Virus record (IMG/VR): IMGVR_UViG_3300005253_000004
Span: 1 to 64,000 of that record
From: a virus
Length of the DNA: 64,000 nt
Direction: 5' to 3' (one strand)
The notes below the pieces were generated by a model. That model had not been told where the DNA came from. It worked only from the letters and a program-made list of their open reading frames with translations, and made no database searches. Every line of letters starts with the position of its first letter. Position 1 is the stretch's first letter. Position numbers and translations under genes: made by a program. Positions 1 to 8,203 of this stretch are shown here, piece after piece.

Positions 1-2
1 AG

Positions 3-134
3 TTGATACTCTTGTCGTTGGTGGACCTATACAAGCAAATGGCTGAAGAACGACAGCAAGAAATCATGCAGATACAGATGATGCAAGCAGAAATGGCTAG
101 AGGCGGCGGTGGTGGCGGAGGTGAAGAGCAGTGA
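3..134 (+). CDS. C-terminal fragment of an upstream gene, probably portal protein (partial)
   Basis: Open frame LILLSLVDLYKQMAEERQQEIMQIQMMQAEMARGGGGGGGEEQ*; Q/M-rich tail typical of podoviral portals; lies upstream of scaffold/capsid; TGA overlaps next GTG. Confidence 0.55.
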   Translation: MILLSLVDLYKQMAEERQQEIMQIQMMQAEMARGGGGGGGEEQ

Positions 135-322
135 ACGTAGGTCGTGCATACGCTATCGTCCGTGGACGGATGTCTGGGAACCGTGCAAAGGCTCAGGGTA
201 TATTAGACAATACCCCGCCTGCCAAGCGAAAAGAGATGAACCGCCAGGACTCACAGGCCCGTGGAGCTAAGCGGAAGAAGGGGCCCTACAAGCTAGGTGA
301 GAGACTCCGGAGGCATCGATGA
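131..322 (+). CDS. Small basic hypothetical protein
   Basis: 63 aa, K/R-rich; GTGA and ATGA overlaps with both neighbours. Confidence 0.7.
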   Translation: MNVGRAYAIVRGRMSGNRAKAQGILDNTPPAKRKEMNRQDSQARGAKRKKGPYKLGERLRRHR

Positions 323-939
323 TACTTAACTTTATCAACATGCTTGCAGCAGCAGAGCCTGACCCGACAGTTCATATACCCGGTAAAACCAAGAACGTAG
401 CGGACATCAAGTTCCGTAAGTCACAGAGAGAGTACGAGCGCATCCAGCGAGCTAAAGGAGGGCAAGGTGGATCGGCCGGATGGAATACTCAAGCTGCACA
501 AGCGCTTCGCGAGAGGCCTGGTTTTGGGAAACAAGGTGGACAGAATTGGTCACCTACAACAACAAGCTACGGCGGGCCAGGGCAGCCGGGAGCGCCAACG
601 CCTGTGTACGTTCAGAGTACGTATCCGTTAGGAGCACCAAGCAAGGCGTTCATGGATAAGTATAAAAGATGGGGAGCAGGAGGAATCCGATCCAACACGG
701 GCTGGCGGAATACGTTGACAATGGCACCAAGCCCACAGTCGAACACACAGTCTCAACGGTTACATACAACTGAGGGGATTCAGACACGCGAGACTAGGCG
801 ACAAGATTGGCGGGATCCTTTCGTAGTTCTGAGCGGGTATAAAAACACCCCGCAGCTCAATCCTAATCTTTCGTACATGTTCAACCGGAAAAGCTACCAG
901 CTCGGCCCGGTGCGGCGGGCAGTAAGTAGACTCATTTAG
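319..939 (+). CDS. G/Q/R-rich low-complexity hypothetical protein
   Basis: 206 aa, GGAGG RBS, ATGA overlap. Confidence 0.75.
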   Translation: MILNFINMLAAAEPDPTVHIPGKTKNVADIKFRKSQREYERIQRAKGGQGGSAGWNTQAAQALRERPGFGKQGGQNWSPTTTSYGGPGQPGAPTPVYVQSTYPLGAPSKAFMDKYKRWGAGGIRSNTGWRNTLTMAPSPQSNTQSQRLHTTEGIQTRETRRQDWRDPFVVLSGYKNTPQLNPNLSYMFNRKSYQLGPVRRAVSRLI

Positions 940-940
940 G

Positions 941-1351
941 ATGATAATTTTCCTTGATCCTGATCCGAAACGCGCGGTGCTCGCGTACCAGCGAATGAAC
1001 GAAGAAGACAGGTCGAACACAATATGGTGCCGGACCTTCGAAGAGGGACAGACATCGCTCTGGGTATATAAGAACGAGCTGACCAAGGTTTATATGGAGC
1101 ACGACCTTAGTGGGACGCCCTATATGAATACTCGCAGTGAAGAATCGGGCATGGAGATCGTCAGGTATCTTGAAAAGTTAGAGACTCATCATGGCGACGT
1201 CTTTCCAGTGTACACAAAAATGAAGTGGGTGATTCACACATGGAACGAAATCGCAGCACCGAAAATGCTAAAACGAATGCGGAAGATTGGACTGACAGTA
1301 GACTGGGTTCCGTTTGGCACTGGAACGAAATGGGAGCAAAATGAGAATTAA
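941..1351 (+). CDS. Cyclic-phosphate-processing receiver (cREC)-like domain protein
   Basis: Motifs IIFLDPD..R, VYMEHDL, SGMEIVRYL, VIHTWN...M follow the cREC pattern LDD.R / LDHDL / tG.d...wl / vHs.N...m. Confidence 0.7.
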   Translation: MIIFLDPDPKRAVLAYQRMNEEDRSNTIWCRTFEEGQTSLWVYKNELTKVYMEHDLSGTPYMNTRSEESGMEIVRYLEKLETHHGDVFPVYTKMKWVIHTWNEIAAPKMLKRMRKIGLTVDWVPFGTGTKWEQNEN

Positions 1352-1371
1352 AGAACGTAAGAGGAGTTAAC

Positions 1372-4300
1372 ATGGGCGCAACCCGAGCTAAGATCTACGA
1401 AAGCTTTGAGAAAAAGAAGAAGAAAGCGAAAGCTAAGAATCTTTCTCCTGGTAGAACCGGTACGAATACTGTCAAAGGTAGTATTGAGACTTTCAATAAG
1501 CCGGGTCATGAAGGGTGGAAGATCGAAAGACCGCCCCAGAAAAAGACCCCACCCAAGCACCCGGGCGTCTTAGCTTATCCTACCTCTAAGCGTCGCGCTG
1601 GTACAGCTGACCCCGGTCGTAAAACCCCTACCCCCAACGAACTTGCAATCCATACCCCCGTTGGTGGCGGGCAGCGTATCAAGAAGATCACAATAGGGTT
1701 CGGTAAAGACAAAGCCGGTAAGCCCATTGGCACAACCACTTGGACAGAACTTGGTTTGAACCCCAGCGCCGCAAGACAAGCCAAGGGTGCACGGATGGCT
1801 TTGAATCTAAAACCCAAGAAGGGCACCGCCCCCTTGGCTAAGGCTCCGGCAGCCCCGAAGGCAATGTACCGTCTGCCCAAGGACACTGCTGCGCCGAAAG
1901 CTCCCGCCGCTCCGAAACAAGAAAGCAAATCTTTCTCCGCTACCAAGATCGCTGCGGCCATAAGCGCTGCCGCACTCGCGACAGGTGCTGGCGTCATCCT
2001 GAAGCAACAAATCACGAATACCCCCAAGCGGACCAAAGCCACGGCTGTAACAGCCGCTAAGGCTCGCAAGCCGATCACCACGACTCCCAAGATCAAGCTA
2101 CCGGGTGCCGCTGCTCAGGCAAGTCCGAAACTGAAGGCGAGGTCTGACGCACGCCGAGCAGCCGAAGGCACTAAGCTACGGCACGCAGGGTACGGCCAAC
2201 CAGCTAAGGCACCTAAGAAGCCTTCAGACACCCCCAAGATTCAAACAGCCCCCGCGCAACCTACTACGGCTACGGCCGCACCTGCCAAGCAGAGCAAGCT
2301 CCAGCGTGTCCGTGAAGCGTTCATGCCCGAGGCTGAGCACGCTGAGATCCAGGCGTCTAGGAAAGCCACGCGCCAAGCTGCGCCCAAGGCTATTTCTACC
2401 CCTGTCGATAAGCCCGTGACTGAGACCAAGCCCGAAGGTCGCATAACGCGTACTGTGAAGGCCCCTGCACGCGCCACGGTTGCTGTTGTTAAAACAGCCA
2501 AGAAGCAGGCAGCATCCCTCACTCGGCAGATCGCTGACGCAGCTAGCCCTGTCGTTGCCGCCGAGCGGAAGGCTGCTAAGAGTGCTATCGTGACCCCTGT
2601 TGACGCCCCGGCAGGTGAGTTTGAAGATCTAGCCCCCGATCAGCTCCAAGCCAGGAAGAAGGAGCTTGAAGCGCGGATCGAGACCGGGCGTGCCCGGAAA
2701 GAACACGCAGTTGCTGATTCGAAGCTCAAGAAGCGTCTCGTAGCTGAGCGGAAGAAGAACGTTAAACTTGGCGGTAGTGAAGCCAAGAAGACTATCACAG
2801 CTACTCCGGAAGAAGCGGAAGGTGCCAAACAACGTGACATCACCAACGCCAGACAGGAAGCTACACGACTACAGGCAAGCATCCACAAGGCCGAAGCTTC
2901 CCCGAACGTACAGTCTGAGCAGAAGCTGGAGACTACGCCCGATGAGCGCCGGCAAGGGGAGCAGAGGGTAACAGGCCGCCGAAACCAACCGAGCAGAGTT
3001 AAAGCTGGTGAAGTTGGCGGGGCACCTAAGAGGAGCACCCGGCGCGGCCGTGGTTCTGACCGTCGGGGTGGAGCCCCGGCTGTAGATACAAAGCTCGCAA
3101 AGAAGCTGGAGACTGCGAGAGAGTTGAACGCCAAACTCCAGGCTAAGAAGGCCGGTACCACGTTTAGTGGGCGCCCGTCGAGGTATGACCCGGCCAAGGT
3201 GATTACACCCAAGCCCGCGGTCCCGCAACAGACCGCACCGAAAACCCCGGCTAAACCCGTCAAGCACCCCCTCGGGGCCGACCCCGCAGCCGTCAAGAAT
3301 GCTGAGCAGTACACAGCCGCAGCGGAAGCGCGCACCGCAACCAAAGCACCCAAGCGACTCCCTGAGAGACCGCTAGATGCGCTGGGTATCGCTGCTGGTC
3401 GGCCTTATGACACCAGTCCTGAGGCTACCAAGACTACGGCTAAGTCAGAGGCAGAGTTCGCTCCATGGAGTGACGATAAGATGAAGAACGCCACCGTGGA
3501 AGAGCGTACGGCATACCAGCGGAAGCTTGAGGCTAGCCTTGGTCAAACAGAGGCAGGGGGCCCGACTACGGCCGAGACAGCTAAAAAGAAGAAGGCAGCG
3601 CAGAAGTTCTACAACGAGAAGCAGAAGCGTATTGAACAGCAAGGCTCCTTCAAGAAAGGAACCTCTACGGCAATAGACCCTGCGGTTGTAGGAGCGCGGC
3701 CGACGGCTGTGGCTGTAACGCCGCCCTCGATCCAGCGCCGCCCCACCAAGGATCTCATCAGAGAGCAAGGTGTCGAAGTCCGGAAGATCCCGGCACGGAC
3801 AGCACCTGAAGCTGATGCGACTACTGAAGAGTGGAGCAAGAAGGCAAAGAACGCTGAAGCTGCCCTTACCCCTGTTGAGCGGGCCAAGCTGGACGCTAAG
3901 GCATTGGGGATCCAGATTGCTGAGACCGAGGCTCGGAAGAGTACACTAGGTGCGAAGCTGAAGGAAGCGGCTGGTGTACCTACAGACACCCTCACTGCCG
4001 ACGTGGCTAAGTTCAAAGGCCAGCGTATCGTTCAGTCTCTTCTCAGTTCCGAAGGTGAGTTCGAGACCAGTATCCTTGAAGGGGACGCCCTAAAGAAGAC
4101 TGTTGAGCAGGCCCAAGAAGACCTACGTAAAGGTGTAGAGCGTAGATCTGGAGAAGTCACACGCAGAAACTTCGCAGACCGCTCTACTAGAGCTGAGGCC
4201 AGCATACTGGTAGAAGGGTCTGAGCGGAGTATGGTTGGTGCCAAGAAGGGTTCACGCCGTGAGAAGCAGACCGGTGGAGACCGACGCCAGAAGGGTTCAA

Positions 4301-5826
4301 CTTGGAAGCCGACGAACATTGGCGAGGAGCTAGCGAAGCTTGAAAACCAGAGGCCCGGTGGGCTTCCGGATAGGCGTGGGCCCACCTGGATACAGAACAT
4401 GACTGCGGAAGACGTGGGCGAACTCAAAGATCACGCCGTACGTGGGGACCCTGTAGCTAAGGAGACTCTACGACAGTACAGAGCTGCGCTGAAGGGCGCG
4501 GGCCGAGAGCGGCGTGCGTCAGACACTGCTCCCCGTGAGTCTGCTCGACTCCAACTCGATATCGAACGAGCTGAGCAGGGCATCGGCCAGACGGAGTCCA
4601 CGTCAACATGGGATCCGAAGGCACAGCGCCGCGTGCTCACACCGCAGATGAATGTGGAAGCCGATCTCATGCCTGACGTCAGGATATACAGCGGAGACCC
4701 GATCAAAGCAAACACCCTTGAGCGCATGAACAAAAGGATCTCTGACTTTGAGAAGAGGCTGAAGAAGGATCCGAACGTGGTGTACAAGGCCGAGGAAACG
4801 CTTGAAAAGCTGAAGCGACAACGTGACGGACTCACCCAGGAAGTGGCGAGAGAACTACACACCCGCCAGTTCCCGAAGGCTGGGTCCGAGCGGATTGAAG
4901 GCGCCAGGGTTCCTGGCGAGAAGGTTATCCCCCGAACAGAAGCCCGTGGGCACGTCAGGGGTGAGACAATTAGACGCGACGTACAGAAGGCGCCCGAGCG
5001 TAGGGCTTCCCCGAAGGGAACACCTGATGCTGCAGAAGGCAAGCAGGAAAGGCGTACGCAACCGCGTAGAACACGGCTGCACGTTGGGCCGGAACGTGGT
5101 AGAACAGTACGCCCCGCTCCGGATCTCAAGGTTGGTGAAAGGATCGTGCGTGAACGGCCTGTCGGCTGGGTTGCCGAAGATCCTAACATTTGGCAAAGAT
5201 CGCTAGAGCAAGCAGGTAAGCCGAAAGCTCTAACCAGTCCTTCTATTGGATCTAACGTTGGAGCGAACATCTCAGAAGCCTTCAAGAGACTAAGCGGTGC
5301 AGTTGTACGAGGTGCCAAGAAGCCTAAGGTTGTAGGCGGACTCGTAGCCGGTCTAGGCGCTGGTACTGCTTTGTTCGCAGCACCAGAAGTTGCTACCGCC
5401 TACATGGATGCTTCAGGCGTTCAGCGAGAAAGGATCAAAGCCGCAGGCGGACAGGCACTTGAGTCTGGTATTGAGGTAGGGACTAGCCTCGGTCTCTTCA
5501 CAGCAGGTGTTGCTGGGTTGCGGAAGGTTGCTCCTAAAGCTATCAAACCTGTGGTCAGTGGTCTTGCGCGATTTGGTGGCTCTGCAGTAGTAGGCTGGAC
5601 CGCAGGGGCGTTCGCAGGCGACATTTACAATAGAGTCAAGAGTGTCTCTGAAAAGAACAAGAGAGAAACGGAGTACACCAAGGAAAAGTACGGGACTATA
5701 GAAGCAGCCGCCCGCACAAGGAAAGGCTTGAGAGCAGATGGAACTCGAATTACTCTCGACGATACCGAAGAAATAGCTCGACGGTGGGAACGAGAACAAG
5801 CAAAACTAAACGCGTCGAGGCGCTAA
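1372..5826 (+). CDS. Giant basic, A/K/R/P-rich, largely disordered protein with C-terminal Gly-rich hydrophobic helices; probable internal virion protein
   Basis: 1484 aa, AGGAG RBS; hydrophobic segments IAAAISAAALATGAGVIL and VVGGLVAGLGAGTALFAA; repeated [DE]RR motifs; sits in the head module. Confidence 0.8.
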   Translation: MGATRAKIYESFEKKKKKAKAKNLSPGRTGTNTVKGSIETFNKPGHEGWKIERPPQKKTPPKHPGVLAYPTSKRRAGTADPGRKTPTPNELAIHTPVGGGQRIKKITIGFGKDKAGKPIGTTTWTELGLNPSAARQAKGARMALNLKPKKGTAPLAKAPAAPKAMYRLPKDTAAPKAPAAPKQESKSFSATKIAAAISAAALATGAGVILKQQITNTPKRTKATAVTAAKARKPITTTPKIKLPGAAAQASPKLKARSDARRAAEGTKLRHAGYGQPAKAPKKPSDTPKIQTAPAQPTTATAAPAKQSKLQRVREAFMPEAEHAEIQASRKATRQAAPKAISTPVDKPVTETKPEGRITRTVKAPARATVAVVKTAKKQAASLTRQIADAASPVVAAERKAAKSAIVTPVDAPAGEFEDLAPDQLQARKKELEARIETGRARKEHAVADSKLKKRLVAERKKNVKLGGSEAKKTITATPEEAEGAKQRDITNARQEATRLQASIHKAEASPNVQSEQKLETTPDERRQGEQRVTGRRNQPSRVKAGEVGGAPKRSTRRGRGSDRRGGAPAVDTKLAKKLETARELNAKLQAKKAGTTFSGRPSRYDPAKVITPKPAVPQQTAPKTPAKPVKHPLGADPAAVKNAEQYTAAAEARTATKAPKRLPERPLDALGIAAGRPYDTSPEATKTTAKSEAEFAPWSDDKMKNATVEERTAYQRKLEASLGQTEAGGPTTAETAKKKKAAQKFYNEKQKRIEQQGSFKKGTSTAIDPAVVGARPTAVAVTPPSIQRRPTKDLIREQGVEVRKIPARTAPEADATTEEWSKKAKNAEAALTPVERAKLDAKALGIQIAETEARKSTLGAKLKEAAGVPTDTLTADVAKFKGQRIVQSLLSSEGEFETSILEGDALKKTVEQAQEDLRKGVERRSGEVTRRNFADRSTRAEASILVEGSERSMVGAKKGSRREKQTGGDRRQKGSTWKPTNIGEELAKLENQRPGGLPDRRGPTWIQNMTAEDVGELKDHAVRGDPVAKETLRQYRAALKGAGRERRASDTAPRESARLQLDIERAEQGIGQTESTSTWDPKAQRRVLTPQMNVEADLMPDVRIYSGDPIKANTLERMNKRISDFEKRLKKDPNVVYKAEETLEKLKRQRDGLTQEVARELHTRQFPKAGSERIEGARVPGEKVIPRTEARGHVRGETIRRDVQKAPERRASPKGTPDAAEGKQERRTQPRRTRLHVGPERGRTVRPAPDLKVGERIVRERPVGWVAEDPNIWQRSLEQAGKPKALTSPSIGSNVGANISEAFKRLSGAVVRGAKKPKVVGGLVAGLGAGTALFAAPEVATAYMDASGVQRERIKAAGGQALESGIEVGTSLGLFTAGVAGLRKVAPKAIKPVVSGLARFGGSAVVGWTAGAFAGDIYNRVKSVSEKNKRETEYTKEKYGTIEAAARTRKGLRADGTRITLDDTEEIARRWEREQAKLNASRR

Positions 5827-5836
5827 GGAGTAGAGA

Positions 5837-6319
5837 ATGGCACATTCAATGTCAAGATCAATGTTAAAAGAAAGCTTGGTTAAGAAGCTCGCTGCGAAGC
5901 GCGCCAAACGAAAGGAAACAAAAAGTCTAAGAAAGACACACCGCACACAGCGGCGTGCTGCTGTCAAGGGTTTCAGGAAGGATAAGTCACTGTCTAAGAC
6001 AGAACGCCGTAGCTCTATTAAGATGACTAGAAAGTTCCACAGAGTAAGTGACAAGGGTAAGGTGGGCGGTCACGCCGCGGTCGGTAAGTACACTGCTAAG
6101 GTAGCGGCCAAGATCAAGGCCAAGACTGCCAAGAAGCAACGCAAGACTGACCGTAAAACTGCTAAACGGGCTACTCGCGCCACTAAGAAAGAGAACAAAG
6201 CTTTGAAGAAAGAAAAGGTACACCCTGGGTATCTAAGGCAGGATACAGATTTCTTCAAGCGCAACGCTAAACAACGAGGTATGACACTCTCGGCTTACTA
6301 CGCCAAGTACGTCAAATAG
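5837..6319 (+). CDS. Highly basic histone-H1/protamine-like protein
   Basis: 160 aa dominated by K/R/A with very few acidic residues; AAGGAG RBS. Confidence 0.8.
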   Translation: MAHSMSRSMLKESLVKKLAAKRAKRKETKSLRKTHRTQRRAAVKGFRKDKSLSKTERRSSIKMTRKFHRVSDKGKVGGHAAVGKYTAKVAAKIKAKTAKKQRKTDRKTAKRATRATKKENKALKKEKVHPGYLRQDTDFFKRNAKQRGMTLSAYYAKYVK

Positions 6320-6328
6320 GAGAAAGTA

Positions 6329-6547
6329 ATGAAAGTTAGAACTCTAAAGTCCCAAGGCAAGTACCCGAAGGGCTACAAGAAAGATATGGACAAGAAGGAC
6401 TACAAGAAAGATATGGGCAAGAAGGACTCCAATAAAGGCTACAAGAAGGGCATGGCTAAGAAAGACGAAAACAAGCCCGTTAGCAAGAAAGAGAAGTTCA
6501 AGGCCATGCTTGAAAAATGGAAGGCCAAGAAGAAAGGCAAGAAGTAA
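6329..6547 (+). CDS. Lysine-rich small protein with YKKDMxKKD repeats
   Basis: 72 aa, AGGAG RBS, internal 27-nt repeats. Confidence 0.75.
   Translation: MKVRTLKSQGKYPKGYKKDMDKKDYKKDMGKKDSNKGYKKGMAKKDENKPVSKKEKFKAMLEKWKAKKKGKK
6374..6466 (+). repeat. 27-nt coding tandem repeat (two near-identical copies plus a diverged third)
   Basis: tacaagaaagatatgg(a/g)caagaaggac at 6374-6400 and 6401-6427; tacaagaagggcatggctaagaaagac at 6440-6466. Confidence 0.85.
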
Positions 6548-6771
6548 TGCCGAACAACGAACAAGAGCCTAAGAAAAAGAAGAAAGGTCTCCTGTCTGAG
6601 AAGATGGGCCTAGACCGGGGCTCTGAAACGTTTGCACCTCCTAGGACCCAGCCGGGGGTGCCCCTCGGCTCGGCCGAAGAGGAGCTGAACAGGCGCAGTA
6701 GAGAAGGAGTTGTGAGCGATAAGATCCACAACAAACTCAACGATAGGAAAGGAGCCCCCCGTGCCCGCTAA
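6547..6771 (+). CDS. Small hypothetical protein (start MPNNEQ)
   Basis: ATG at 6547 overlaps previous TAA (TAATG). Confidence 0.65.
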   Translation: MPNNEQEPKKKKKGLLSEKMGLDRGSETFAPPRTQPGVPLGSAEEELNRRSREGVVSDKIHNKLNDRKGAPRAR

Positions 6772-6958
6772 GAAACTGACGCTAGACGAAGCTCTAGCTT
6801 TACTAGATAAGCACAAAGCAGACGCCGCAACTACTGCTGAGAAAGTCAAGGTCAAGATCAAGAAGAAGGTTAAAGACCTCCTCAAAGAAGGCGCCGAGCA
6901 AGGACGCGGCGGTCTCAACAGAAACCAGCGGCGCCTGCTGGACCAGATAGATGACTGA
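6761..6958 (+). CDS. Small basic hypothetical protein
   Basis: 65 aa, AAGGAG RBS before GTG. Confidence 0.7.
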   Translation: MPAKKLTLDEALALLDKHKADAATTAEKVKVKIKKKVKDLLKEGAEQGRGGLNRNQRRLLDQIDD

Positions 6959-7013
6959 ATACGCAAGGTATAGCTTGCGTATTAGCACTAGATACGCAAG
7001 GTATAGCTTGCGT
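6958..7013. repeat. Two identical 22-bp direct repeats, each a dyad ACGCAAG-N6-CTTGCGT
   Basis: atacgcaaggtatagcttgcgt at 6959-6980 and 6992-7013 (33-bp period); first copy has 10-bp arms (6958-6983). Confidence 0.9.
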
Positions 7014-7023
7014 GAAGCCTTTT

Positions 7024-7091
7024 TAGCCTGTGGTTACGGCCATAGGCTGGCCCAGCAGGGACTGGCTCTCCCTCCTATCCCTGCTGCGGCC
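7024..7091 (+). other. Two consecutive stem-loops in the intergenic region
   Basis: tagcctgtggt-TACG-gccataggctg (G:U pairs, UACG loop) followed by cagcaggga...tccctgctg closed by ggcc/ggcc. Confidence 0.6.
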
Positions 7092-7108
7092 ACATCTTAT
7101 GGGAAAGG

Positions 7109-7137
7109 TTGCACTTTTGTTGCAGATTTCCTATAAT
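7109..7137 (+). promoter_or_regulatory. Sigma70-type promoter for the scaffold/capsid operon
   Basis: TTGCAC-17 nt-TATAAT; ATTTCC directly before -10 is shared with the 22030 promoter. Confidence 0.85.
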
Positions 7138-7245
7138 TAAGAGAGAGAGTGAGAAGTATCTACCGTAGTAAGCTGCGTTGTGGCCCGCTCTCCCACGTAA
7201 AGATGCTTCATATCCGCCATTCCCAGGCGTTAAAGGAGATGCGTA

Positions 7246-8181
7246 ATGACAGTGAAAGACGAGACAACCGATGTAAACGAGGACGAGGTGGCAGCAAAGC
7301 TACAGCGTGCCCTGGAGGGATCATCGACCCCAGAAACAGAATTGAAGACCCCCACCAAAGAAGCTGAAGTTGAGAAAGACACCGAAGAGAACCGTGTCCC
7401 TCAGAGTCGTTTTAACGAAATCAACGAATCCCTGAAAACCGCCAAACTGGAGGCATCAGAGGCTCGTGACCAACTTGCGACTTCGCAAGATGAGCTAGTT
7501 AAAATGGTACAGCTTCAAGAAGCTAAAGATACAGACGTCGCAACCCTCAATGAAATCAAGAGTTTCATAAACGACCCGGAGATGAAGGATCACGTTATCG
7601 CGATTGATCAAAAACTCAGGGGAATTGAAGCCATCAAAGAGGAAGTGGACGCTGGCGAGACAACCCCGGAGGACGCAGTCCGACAAACCCGAGACCTTCT
7701 TGAAGAGGCCCGGGAGGAACTGCGAGACACTCAGGATGATGTCAAGGCCGATCAACTGATAGCTAAGGTTGATGTTACTGTTAAAGAGCTGCTGAATGCA
7801 CTACCTGAAGAGTATAACGCCGAAGACCTCGGTGTTATCAACGATCTCTTTCATGAGAAGGTTAACTGGGATGCTCTAATCGAGACTCCGGGTAATCTCT
7901 CGGAAATCCTTACTGAGGGTTTTCAAGCGACCATTGACAGGTACGGCATGCCCCGTGGAGCGTTATTCAATGCTGAAGAAGTTGAAGTGTTGACACCTGA
8001 AGCTGCTGAGCCTATCCAAACTCCCGTTGAGGAGCTGGCTGATTTGATGGCGCTGCCTTGGGGCGGATTGAAGGAAACGGAAGTCAAAGGCAAGACCGTG
8101 GTCGTGCCCGAGATGGATGATGATGACTTCAATGCCGTTCTATCACAGACTCTCAAGTTGGCGCATGAGAAGGCAGAGTAG
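7246..8181 (+). CDS. Capsid scaffolding protein
   Basis: 311 aa acidic coiled-coil; VPQSRFNEINE scaffold-type motif; directly upstream of the capsid gene. Confidence 0.85.
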   Translation: MTVKDETTDVNEDEVAAKLQRALEGSSTPETELKTPTKEAEVEKDTEENRVPQSRFNEINESLKTAKLEASEARDQLATSQDELVKMVQLQEAKDTDVATLNEIKSFINDPEMKDHVIAIDQKLRGIEAIKEEVDAGETTPEDAVRQTRDLLEEAREELRDTQDDVKADQLIAKVDVTVKELLNALPEEYNAEDLGVINDLFHEKVNWDALIETPGNLSEILTEGFQATIDRYGMPRGALFNAEEVEVLTPEAAEPIQTPVEELADLMALPWGGLKETEVKGKTVVVPEMDDDDFNAVLSQTLKLAHEKAE

Positions 8182-8203
8182 CTCAACTTAGGAGCTTTGA
8201 ACC

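Noticed and set aside
6959-7013. 22-bp palindromic repeats as a mini-CRISPR array
   Set aside because: Only two copies with an 11-nt spacer, far too short, and no cas genes in the window
6951-7136. 61-aa ORF with YARYSLR repeated
   Set aside because: The peptide repeat is a by-product of the DNA dyads, and the frame runs through hairpins into the promoter, so it is likely non-coding
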